This document shows, one piece after another, positions 1 to 8,348 of a stretch of DNA of 64,000 bases; position 1 is the first letter of the stretch; every line of letters starts with the position of its first letter. Source of the DNA: an uncultured Chloroflexia bacterium (GTDB lineage Bacteria > Chloroflexota > Limnocylindria > Limnocylindrales > CSP1-4); NCBI GenBank assembly GCA_963746865.1, contig CAVVDB010000005.1:89437-153436 (forward strand), written 5' to 3'. The translations under genes and the position numbers were made by a program. The notes below the pieces were generated by a model that was not told the origin of the DNA, did no database searches, and saw only the letters and a program-made list of their open reading frames with translations.

Positions 1-1225
1 GGCGTCCGGATCCTCGTCGGACACGGCGCTGGTCGCGGCGAGGACGTCGCCGACGCCGAGCGCCGTCATCGTCGTCGATCCGGCGACGAGGACCACGGCG
101 GCCGCGCCGGCCAGGGCGAACCCGCGGACTCGACCGCGACGACCAAGGCTGCCCCGCCGGAATGGCTCCTCGACGAATCGCCAGGTCATCGCGGCGAAGA
201 CGATCGCCGCGCCGATCAGGGCCGGCCCGGGTGGTGATGTCGCTGCCCGCCGAACCATCGTCCAGCGTGGCGATCCCGAGCGCCGTCGGTCCGAGGATGA
301 GGATCGGCCAATGCCAGAGGTAGAGCGAGTACGAGATCCGACCGAGCCAGCGCAGCGGGCCGCGTCCGAGGACGAGCCAGCCGGGCGAACCGACGGCGCC
401 CCGCGACGCGATGAGCGCGACAGCGCCGAGCGTCGGCAGCAGCGACGCGAGTCCCGGGTAGGCCGTCGTGGGTTCGATGAGGACAAGCGCGGCCGCGATC
501 AGCGAGACCCCGAGCCATCCGCTGCCGGCCGCGACGGCGGTGGGTGTCCGGCCATGCCACGCGACCGTCAGGGCGAGCAGGCCGCCCGCCGCCAGCTGCC
601 AGGCTCGAGTCGGGAGGGAGAAGTAGGCCCACGGTCCGGAGACATCGGTCAACCAAAGGCAGGCGACGAACGAGCCGACGAGGACCGTCACGCCGAGCAC
701 GATCGTCGTCAGCCGCGGTCGGCCCAGCCGGATCGCGACGAGCAGGAGGATCGGCCAGAGCAGGTAGAACTGCTCCTCGACGGCGAGCGACCAGAAATGG
801 AGCATCGGCGAGGCGTCGGTCGGCGCGAAGTAGTCGGTCGCACCGATCGCGAAGCGGACGTTGGCGAGTGACAGCCCGGCGGCGAGGGCGTCGTCGCCGA
901 CCCGTGGCAGATCGAGGGGCGAGAGGAGCAGCGATGCCGCGACCATCGTGCTCACCAGCACGACGAAGGCAGCGGGGAGGATGCGCCGGGCTCGGCGGGT
1001 ATAGAAGGTCCGAAGGCTGATCCTGCCCGTTCGACCATGCTCGCCGATCAGCAGCCCGGTGATCAGGAACCCCGACAGGACGAAGAAGATGTCGACCCCG
1101 ATGAAGCCCGCCCCGGCGCCCGGGACCTGCGCATGACAGAGGATCACGAGCAGGATCGCGACCCCGCGAAGACCCTCCAGATCCGGTCGGAACCCGGGAT
1201 CGCCAGGTCGCCGCGGCGTCGTCAC
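1..1225 (-). pseudogene. Acyltransferase family 3 (OafA/YrhL-like) membrane protein. The gene continues past the window start. The frame appears broken around 220-260.
   Basis: My own minus-strand translation from GTG at 1225 (GGAAAGG upstream) gives VTTPRRPGDPGFRPDLEGLRGVAILLVILCHAQVPG..GVDIFFVLSGFLITGLL..RTFYTRRARRILPAAF..HFWSLAVEEQFYLLWPILL..GRISYSLYLWHWPILIL. Downstream of about 260 this frame becomes Arg-rich nonsense, while the next frame reads ALIGAAIVFAAMTWRFVEEPFRRG followed by a TM helix. The gene is absent from the ORF track because it is open to the window edge. Confidence 0.7.
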
Positions 1226-1348
1226 GAAAGGTGCCTTTCCGACCGCCGCGTGGGCTTCAGATCAGATCCACGGCGATCGAAACGGAGACGTTCGGCCGTC
1301 GTGGATGTTTCGCGGGCGTCGCGGGCTGACGCGGTATCATCCGCGCGT

Positions 1349-1425
1349 CCGCCCGTAGCTCAGTGGATCAGAGCGACTGACTTCGGATCAGTAGGTCGGG
1401 GGTTCGAATCCCTCCGGGCGGGCCA
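1349..1425 (+). tRNA. tRNA-Arg, anticodon TCG, with CCA encoded
   Basis: Hand-folded cloverleaf, 77 nt. Acceptor stem CCGCCCG/CGGGCGG. D stem GCTC/GAGC. Anticodon stem ACTGA/TCAGT with loop CTTCGGA. T arm GGGGG-TTCGAAT-CCCTC. Discriminator G followed by CCA. Confidence 0.85.
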
Positions 1426-1487
1426 TCGAGCCGAGCGCACCGGCGTCGAGCTCATGGTCGGGTAGGCCGCGCCCTCGGGGCGAAACC

Positions 1488-2867
1488 TTACGAAACGGTC
1501 CGACGCCCGACGATCGCAAAGGTCTCCACGGGGCCGTGTCCGCGAAGGTCGATCGGACCGCGCGGATCGGCATCGAACAGGTCCTTCACGATCTGCCAGG
1601 TTTCGGCGCTGACCTGGACGCGGCCTGGGATGCCGTGCGACTCCAGCCGACTCGCGATGTTCACGGTCTCGCCCCAGATGTCGAACGCGAACTTGCGATG
1701 GCCGATAACGCCGCCGATGACCGAGCCTGAATGCACGCCGACTCGGAGCCGAAGGTCAGCGATCCCGTCGCTTTCCTGCGCGGCCGCGTCGATCATCGCG
1801 AGGCCGAGATCGACGACGCGAACCGCGTGGTCATCGAGCGGCTCGGGCAGGCCGCCCGCGGCCATATACGCGTCCCCGATGGTCTTGATCTTTTCGAGGC
1901 CGCGCGCGGCCACCAGCTCGTCGAAGCGCGCGAAGAGTCGGCCGAGCATCCCGACGACCTCGTCGGCTGGCAGGCGCGCGGTCAGCGGCGTGAACCCGAC
2001 GATGTCAGCGAAGAGCACGGTGACGGCCGGATACTCATCGGCGATCGTCCGCTCGCCGGCGAGGAGGCGCGACGATATCGAGACCGGAAGGACGTTGAGC
2101 AACAGCGCGTCTGCCCTGTCCTTCTCGAGCCTCAACGCGTCTGCCTGTCGGGTGATGACGATGTCCTGGTAGAAGACGCGGCGACGTGACTGCTCGAGGA
2201 GTCGCAGAGCCAGGAGACTACCGATCACGGCGGCTCCGAAGATGAACGTGTCGACCAGGAGGCTGCTCGCGCCCGAATAGAGGACGGCAGCGACGACGAA
2301 GCCGACGACGATGACAGCGGTGCGCGCCGTGGCAAAGATGAAGGCGGTACGTGCGACGAACCCGAAGACGAAGAGCAGCATGATCGCGCTGATCCCGTAT
2401 CCGGGCAGGACGCCACCCGCCGACGCAAGCCAGAGGATGACCAGTCCGTTCACAGCGGTCAGGGCGGAGATGATCGCGTGCTGCCGATCCAGTGTGTCCG
2501 CCCTGGCCGACAGCAGGAAGCCTGCCGCGTTGACGACCACCATCGCGAAACACACCGGGATCGCCAGATCCGGAGGGATCGGTGTGCTCGTTGGAATGAC
2601 GACGATGGCCAGGAGCCATAAGACCGACGCAGCACCGGTGGCGATCCGGAACCCGGTCCGGCTCTCCGCGCCGCCCTGGCGCTGGTAGCGCCTTTCCACG
2701 CGGTCGTCGAAGAACCGCAGCGAGCCTCGTCGAAGAGCCCCGCCGTCGACATCGAGCTCCGTCGTCGGTCGATCCGTCGGCGCGGACGCCTCTTGCGCAG
2801 CGGCTGATCCGTCGCCGCCCTCAGGACGTGCGATCCTCCTGCGCCTAAGCCGAACGGACCTGGTCAC
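1488..2867 (-). CDS. Membrane-anchored class III adenylate/guanylate cyclase (about 6 TM helices N-terminal, cyclase domain C-terminal)
   Basis: ORF of 459 aa. The hydrophobic N-terminal half is followed by VTVLFADIVGFTPLT..EKIKTIGDAYMAAGGLP..RVGVHSGSVIGGVIG..FDIWGETVNIASRLESHG, which are canonical class III cyclase motifs. GTG start. Confidence 0.9.
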   Translation of the reverse strand: MTRSVRLRRRRIARPEGGDGSAAAQEASAPTDRPTTELDVDGGALRRGSLRFFDDRVERRYQRQGGAESRTGFRIATGAASVLWLLAIVVIPTSTPIPPDLAIPVCFAMVVVNAAGFLLSARADTLDRQHAIISALTAVNGLVILWLASAGGVLPGYGISAIMLLFVFGFVARTAFIFATARTAVIVVGFVVAAVLYSGASSLLVDTFIFGAAVIGSLLALRLLEQSRRRVFYQDIVITRQADALRLEKDRADALLLNVLPVSISSRLLAGERTIADEYPAVTVLFADIVGFTPLTARLPADEVVGMLGRLFARFDELVAARGLEKIKTIGDAYMAAGGLPEPLDDHAVRVVDLGLAMIDAAAQESDGIADLRLRVGVHSGSVIGGVIGHRKFAFDIWGETVNIASRLESHGIPGRVQVSAETWQIVKDLFDADPRGPIDLRGHGPVETFAIVGRRTVS

Positions 2868-3032
2868 CTGCTCACGCGTTCATCGATCCGGAAGTCCTGC
2901 GATGTCGCCGTGGTAACCGCTCGGTCGATCGCAAAGGGCGAGCGGGCGATACCGGGAGGCGATCGTAGCGAAACGGCAGCTTGGCATGTTGTTCCTGCGC
3001 GCCCGACGCCCTCCGGGCGGGCCAGGTGCCTC

Positions 3033-4646
3033 TCAGGTCGTCGGCGTGTTCGCGCGGGTCCTGATTTCGATCGCCGGCCGGAACCTGATCGCAGGTGGGA
3101 TGTTCTTGGCAGCCAGCCGCTCGAGGTCCGCGTGAAGGGCCGGCGTGAGGTCCATCGCCTTCGGGATGAAGGCGAGCGCGGCAGCGTAGTCGCCGTCACC
3201 CTGCAGGCGAAGGTACCGTCCCGCCAGGGCGTCGATCGCGTCGCGCATCAGTCGGACATCGACTCCGTACGTTCCTGCCGCGCTGTCGCGGCCGATCGCG
3301 CCCGTTTCCCGAAGGAAGCCGAGGTTGGCGAGATTCGCGCGTGCGTAGCCCGACGCGGAACCCTTGCGTATCTGGCGGATCAACTCGGCCACGTACGTGA
3401 CGTAGCAGCTCAGGAGCGTCGTCTCGGTAAGCTCACCCGAGTCGACGAGGCTGGCAAGCATGTGAAGCCCGACGACGTCAGCCTTGCCTTCCTCGACCGC
3501 GGAATGTTGATCGAGGAGCGCGTCGCTGACCGGGAGCTGCCGATCGATCGTGCGCTTCACACCGAGTCCGTGGGCGATCTCGTGACACATGACGAATGCG
3601 AAGTAGGCCTCGAAATCGACGCGTCCTCGCTGGTCGGCCGCGATCACGCTGGCCGCAACGGGAGCCGTCATCAAGTCGAAGTTCACGCGCATCGCGTTCC
3701 GCAACTGGAGCCGCCGCGTTCCCCTCTCGAGCTGGAGATCCTCATCGTTCGGGAGCGTGATCGCATCCGGGGTCAAGGCGCACGCGTCGCCGGCATAGGC
3801 AACGACGTCGTAGACACCGATGCCCCCGTCGAGACTCGGCACCTCCATCTTGTAGCGGCTGGGGACCGGCAGCCCGCCTTGAAGCTGTGGCAGCAGCGCA
3901 GTCACGCGGTCGAAGCGGGTGCTGCGGTCTCTGTCCTTGAGGAGGAGGATGCCTTCGTGGGCCGTCTTGCGTCCCATCAGCGCGTCCTCGTATTCCTCGA
4001 CCGGACCGATGATGAGATCGATCGCCGCGTCCTTCGTGTCGAGCCAGGCGAGTTCGCTCGCCCGATAGTCGTCCGTGAGCAGGGCTTCCGCGCGCCGCTC
4101 GAGATAGTTCCGAAGCGCCGGGTCGTCGGCCGTCTCGGCGGCCTCGCGAAGCGTCGCCGAGGCACGTTCGACATGGCGTGCGAACGCTTCGCGATAGGCG
4201 ACGGCGACGAGCCTGCCTGATCCGTCTCGGCGAACGACGGAATGCGGGCTCCGGAGCTCAGCGGCTCGTTCGGGGGACTCGGCGCAGGCGGCCTCGAATT
4301 CGACCACGTCCATGTCGGGCGGATAGAAGCCGGCCCCTGCGGGCTTCAGACCGACACCGGGAACGAGCGGTGCGTTGTCACGCTGGCGGTCCCAAGGTCC
4401 GTAGTTGAAGTCCACGAGCGACCGGATGTCGGGATCCTCGATCGCCGACAGCACGGCGTTCCGGTCTCCCGCTGCTTCCTGCCAGAAGATCTCGTCCATC
4501 TCCACGCACGCATCGAGGAGCAGGGCGAGCAGGGATCGCTCGCGCTTGGTCAGTCCGGCCAGCAGGTCGGAGGTCAACGTGACTTCGACCGGGAGCGTCG
4601 GCGTCGCGGGAGTGCGGGCGTTCACCGACTCCTCTCCATCTGGCAC
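3033..4646 (-). CDS. Zinc metallopeptidase, dipeptidyl-peptidase III (M49)-like, HExxH variant
   Basis: ORF of 537 aa containing FVMCHEIAHGLG and, 25-30 aa later, AVEEGKADVVGL. This is the HExxH plus EExKAD pattern, as in short-motif M49 family members. Confidence 0.6.
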   Translation of the reverse strand: MPDGEESVNARTPATPTLPVEVTLTSDLLAGLTKRERSLLALLLDACVEMDEIFWQEAAGDRNAVLSAIEDPDIRSLVDFNYGPWDRQRDNAPLVPGVGLKPAGAGFYPPDMDVVEFEAACAESPERAAELRSPHSVVRRDGSGRLVAVAYREAFARHVERASATLREAAETADDPALRNYLERRAEALLTDDYRASELAWLDTKDAAIDLIIGPVEEYEDALMGRKTAHEGILLLKDRDRSTRFDRVTALLPQLQGGLPVPSRYKMEVPSLDGGIGVYDVVAYAGDACALTPDAITLPNDEDLQLERGTRRLQLRNAMRVNFDLMTAPVAASVIAADQRGRVDFEAYFAFVMCHEIAHGLGVKRTIDRQLPVSDALLDQHSAVEEGKADVVGLHMLASLVDSGELTETTLLSCYVTYVAELIRQIRKGSASGYARANLANLGFLRETGAIGRDSAAGTYGVDVRLMRDAIDALAGRYLRLQGDGDYAAALAFIPKAMDLTPALHADLERLAAKNIPPAIRFRPAIEIRTRANTPTT

Positions 4647-4740
4647 GAGCCGCGACTGATCCCGCGGCCGTGACGGCTGATCATAGGTGTCGAAAATCGT
4701 GTGTTGCTCAGGCCTGCAACGCCGCGCGCGTCCTCCCTCG

Positions 4741-7700
4741 TCAGGGTGTAGTTACGACGTCGGCAGGGATCCCACGCTCGCCCGCCGCCGGCGGGGCCGC
4801 CGCTCCATCGAGCGCCGCATCGAGCCGATCGACGAATGGCTTGGCACCGAGCCGCTCGAGGATCTCCCGCGACGCGTCGGCCGCCTCGCGGACATCGGGA
4901 TCGGCCGGGTCGAGGAGGAGGGCCATGTCGAGTCCGCACAGGGCCTCATCCCATTCGAGCCGGAGATCCCGCCAGTCCCCTCGGGCCCCCCGATACATCG
5001 AGACGGCATCGACGTGTCGCCCTTCGAGAACGGCGATCCCGGCGCGGATCGTGGCCCGGTCGGCCTCTACCGCCGGCCCATGGATGCCCGAGGCGTCGAG
5101 GAGGGCAAGATCCGCGCGGGCAGCGTCGATGTCGCGGAGCCACAGCGCGGCACGGGCGCATCGGGGCACCGCATCCGCCACGTTGCCGCTCGAGACCGTG
5201 GCGGTCCGATGCCAGGTCACCCTGGCGTCGGCCAGCTGGTCCGTCGCGAACAGGGCCGCCGCGGTCGCGGCGTACAGGCTGGCCAGCAAGCTGCTCTCAT
5301 TGGTGTCACCCACGAGCTGCTGGATCTCGTCGAGGAACCCGGTCGTGGACTCGCCGCGCAGGGCCATGATCACGACCGCCGATCCGAGCATCGTGAGCCG
5401 GTCGGACGCCTCGAGCCGTTCGTCCAGCGCCGGTTCGATCTCGCCCATGGCCCAAGCCCAGTCGCCCGTCCGGATGGCGGCCTCGACGCCGTTGCCGAGG
5501 AGGACGGTGGCCTCGCTCGTTCGGCCCAGTCGGCGGGCCACGGCAAGCCCCGACCGGGCCTCCTCGAGCGCCGCTCGCGGGTCAAGGCTCGCCTGCAGGA
5601 ACGCATGGTTGATTGATCCGCGGAGCCGGGTCGAGCTGAGATCGTGTGCCTGGGCGACGGCCTGGCCCGCGCGAATCACCGCCAGGCCCTCGATGACTCG
5701 GCCGATGATCCCGAGCGCGGTCCCCTTCGTGACAAGGGTGTCGGCGACGATCTCTACCAGGTCGGCATGCTCGGCTGCCTCGAGGACGCGATCGGCGACC
5801 TCGATGGCACCCCGGTTGTCGTCGCCGAGGAAATGAGCGCGAGCGAGCTGGCCGCCGAGGGCGATGAAGGCAGGCTCGCGATCCATGTCGGCAAACTCCG
5901 CGAGCGCCGGTTCGAGGATCTCGATCGCGTCGGCGGTTCGATAGGTCGTCAACAACGACTGCCCGAGGGCAGCCGTGGCGGCGGCGATCCCGGACCGGTC
6001 GCCGAGGGTCCGTCGCACCTCGATCGCCGCTCGGAGATGTCGTTCCGCGGCCTCGTGGTGGCCGGCGAATGACGCCTCGTCGCCCGCTCGTTCGAGCAGG
6101 TCCGCCCGGTCGGCCGCTTCGCTGGTGATCGCCAGCGCCTGCTCGAGGAGCGCCATCGCCTGTTCGTGGGACCCGAGCGCCGAGGCCCGCTCGGCGGCGG
6201 CCCGCAGTGCGAGCCGGGCCTGTGCACCCAGGGCATCCGCCTCGGGACCGTCGGCGTTGTCGCGGGCAGCCAGGTAGTGACCGGCAAGTGCAGCCGCGAT
6301 CTCATCGGTCTCGAGCGACTCGAAGAAGCGCGCGGCGGCCAGGTGTCGGACCTTGCGGTCACGCTTCGCAAGGGTGTTGTAGGCGACCTCGCGGATGAGC
6401 GCCTGGACGAACACGTACTGGCCGCGCTCGGGGCTTCGCGGATCGGTCTCGTGCGCGAAAAGCTCGCGCCGCACCAGCGCCCGCAGTCGGATCTCGAGGG
6501 CCGCATCGTCGATGCCGGACACGACCGCCAGCCCCGCCGGGGTGAAGCTCTGGCCGAGGACCGCCGCGTCCATGACCAGGCTGCGGTCAGCCGGCTCGAG
6601 CCCGTCAAGGCGAGCCGCGATCAGCGCCGTCAGTGTCTCCGGGATGGCAAGCGTGGTGAGGTCGCCCGTTGGCGAGAACGTGCCGTCGCCGGCTGCCGTC
6701 AACCGCCCGTCGGCGACGAGCATCCGCACGGTCTCCACCGCGTACAGCGGGATCCCCTCGGCGCGCGCGACGATGGCGCGCGCGGTCGGATCCGGCAGCC
6801 CTGGCACGAGCCCAGCGAGGAGCTCCTTCATGGCGATATCGGGGAGTGGCTCGAGGTAGAGGCTCGTGAAGTTCCGCCGGCCGGCGCCCCAGTCGGGACG
6901 TCGATCGATCAGCTCCGGCCTGGCCAGCGTCACGATGTAGAGCGGGATGGCCCGGCTCCACTCGAGCAGGTGGTCGATGAAGTCGAGCGTGCCAGCGTCG
7001 GCCCAATGGAGGTCCTCGAACACGAGGATCACTGGCTGGACCGACGCGAGCCGTTCGAAGAATGTCCGCCACGCTCCGAACAGCTGCTCCGAACCGATAC
7101 CCGTCTCGATCCCGAGCAGGGCGAGCAGGGCCGGCTCGACCCACTGTCGCTCGATCGGCTCGAACGCCTGGGCGTCCATGAGCTCCGCGACCTTGACTCG
7201 CGTCGTCCGCTCGTCGTCGGTCTCGGCGAGCCCGGCACGGCCGCGGATCATCTCGCTGAGCGCCCAGAACGTGACACCCTCCCCGTAGGCGGGCGACCGG
7301 CCGCGATGCCACCACACGCGTCCGACGATCCCGTCGATGTACTTCTCGAACTCCCAGGTGAGCCGGCTCTTGCCGATGCCGCCGATGCCGGTGATGCTCA
7401 CGAGGCGAGTCCGTCCCTCGCGCTCGGTCGCGTGATACAGCTCCTTGACGAGCCGCAGCTCGTCGTCGCGGCCGACGAACGGCGCCTCGAGCGAGTCCGA
7501 GCGGCCACGGCCCCCCCGGTCGGCCACGACGCGGACCGCCCTGAAGGCTGGGACCGGGGCGATCTTTCCCTTGAGCATCTGCTCGCCGGCCGGCTCGAAG
7601 ACGATCGCCGAGCTCGCCGCACGGTGCGTGGACTCGCCGACGAGCACACAGGCCGGTGGGGCGACCGACTGAAGGCGGGCGGCGGTGTTGACGATGTCGC

Positions 7701-8337
7701 CGGCGACCATTCCCTGGTTCGTCGCCCCGAGGGTGACAGCCGCCTCCCCGGTCAGCACGCCGGCTCGCGCGCTGATCCCCGGGCCGACGCTCGCCACGGC
7801 GTCGACCAATTCAAGCGCGGCCCGGACCGCGCGCTCCGCGTCATCCTCGCGAGCCGTCGGCGTCCCCCACACGGCCATGACCGCATCGCCGATGAACTTC
7901 TCGACCGTACCGCCATAGCGGCCGATGACATCGTTCGCAAGGTCGAAGTAGCGGGTCAGGGTCTCGCGGACCTCTTCGCTGTCACGCTCTTCGGAGAACG
8001 GCGTGAAGCCGACGAGGTCGGCGAACAGGATCGACACGAGGCGGCGTTCGGCGACGACGTGCTCGGTCGAGGCGGCCGAGGCGGACGTCCCGGGTGACGT
8101 GACCGCCGCCGTTGAGGGAGGGGCGACGCCGCTGGCCAGCGGCCCTCCGCAGTCGCCGCAGAATTGCTTGCCCGCCGGGTTGACCGCGCCGCACGACGGA
8201 CAGCCGGAGGCGAGCGGCGCCCCACAGTCACCGCAGAAGCGTTTGTCGGCCGGATTCTCGGTCCCGCAGTTCGAACAGACCACGCGCTCGGCTCCCACGT
8301 GACGCTGGGCGTCAGGAGCGTACCAGCACCGCGTCAC
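4741..8337 (-). CDS. Multidomain signalling protein: double zinc ribbon, class III cyclase, STAND/AAA NTPase, and TPR-like helical repeats
   Basis: ORF of 1198 aa. N-terminus: CSNCGTENP..FCGDCGAPL..CPSCGAVNP..FCGDCGGPL. Cyclase domain: SILFADLVGFTP..EKFIGDAVMAVWG..GDIVNTAARL. P-loop: SITGIGGIGKSRL. Walker B-like: ILVFEDLHWAD. The C-terminal half is a long Ala/Leu-rich repeat region. No HTH is visible at the C-terminus. Confidence 0.9.
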   Translation of the reverse strand: MTRCWYAPDAQRHVGAERVVCSNCGTENPADKRFCGDCGAPLASGCPSCGAVNPAGKQFCGDCGGPLASGVAPPSTAAVTSPGTSASAASTEHVVAERRLVSILFADLVGFTPFSEERDSEEVRETLTRYFDLANDVIGRYGGTVEKFIGDAVMAVWGTPTAREDDAERAVRAALELVDAVASVGPGISARAGVLTGEAAVTLGATNQGMVAGDIVNTAARLQSVAPPACVLVGESTHRAASSAIVFEPAGEQMLKGKIAPVPAFRAVRVVADRGGRGRSDSLEAPFVGRDDELRLVKELYHATEREGRTRLVSITGIGGIGKSRLTWEFEKYIDGIVGRVWWHRGRSPAYGEGVTFWALSEMIRGRAGLAETDDERTTRVKVAELMDAQAFEPIERQWVEPALLALLGIETGIGSEQLFGAWRTFFERLASVQPVILVFEDLHWADAGTLDFIDHLLEWSRAIPLYIVTLARPELIDRRPDWGAGRRNFTSLYLEPLPDIAMKELLAGLVPGLPDPTARAIVARAEGIPLYAVETVRMLVADGRLTAAGDGTFSPTGDLTTLAIPETLTALIAARLDGLEPADRSLVMDAAVLGQSFTPAGLAVVSGIDDAALEIRLRALVRRELFAHETDPRSPERGQYVFVQALIREVAYNTLAKRDRKVRHLAAARFFESLETDEIAAALAGHYLAARDNADGPEADALGAQARLALRAAAERASALGSHEQAMALLEQALAITSEAADRADLLERAGDEASFAGHHEAAERHLRAAIEVRRTLGDRSGIAAATAALGQSLLTTYRTADAIEILEPALAEFADMDREPAFIALGGQLARAHFLGDDNRGAIEVADRVLEAAEHADLVEIVADTLVTKGTALGIIGRVIEGLAVIRAGQAVAQAHDLSSTRLRGSINHAFLQASLDPRAALEEARSGLAVARRLGRTSEATVLLGNGVEAAIRTGDWAWAMGEIEPALDERLEASDRLTMLGSAVVIMALRGESTTGFLDEIQQLVGDTNESSLLASLYAATAAALFATDQLADARVTWHRTATVSSGNVADAVPRCARAALWLRDIDAARADLALLDASGIHGPAVEADRATIRAGIAVLEGRHVDAVSMYRGARGDWRDLRLEWDEALCGLDMALLLDPADPDVREAADASREILERLGAKPFVDRLDAALDGAAAPPAAGERGIPADVVTTP

Positions 8338-8348
8338 CTTGTGCCGGT

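Noticed and set aside
216-1465. Track ORFs 216..656(-), 311..871(+), 544..1020(+) and 1037..1465(+)
   Set aside because: All are Arg/Pro-rich nonsense lying inside or opposite the acyltransferase-3 gene. ORF 1037..1465 also runs through the tRNA-Arg gene.
4680-4685. A TATGAT (-10-like, minus strand) element upstream of the M49-like peptidase gene
   Set aside because: No acceptable -35 element lies at proper spacing. The gene may simply be co-transcribed with the upstream cyclase gene.
6166-8097. A 643-aa ORF on the plus strand, opposite the cyclase-STAND gene. Similar long antisense ORFs occur at 15637..17445, 38171..40915, 58062..60047, 62071..63969, 35631..37295 and 9129..10370.
   Set aside because: The translations are Arg/Gly/Asp/Pro/His-rich low-complexity sequence with no motifs. 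Each mirrors a well-supported gene on the other strand. Stop-free antisense frames are expected in very GC-rich DNA. Only the last 92 codons of 38171..40915 look real.
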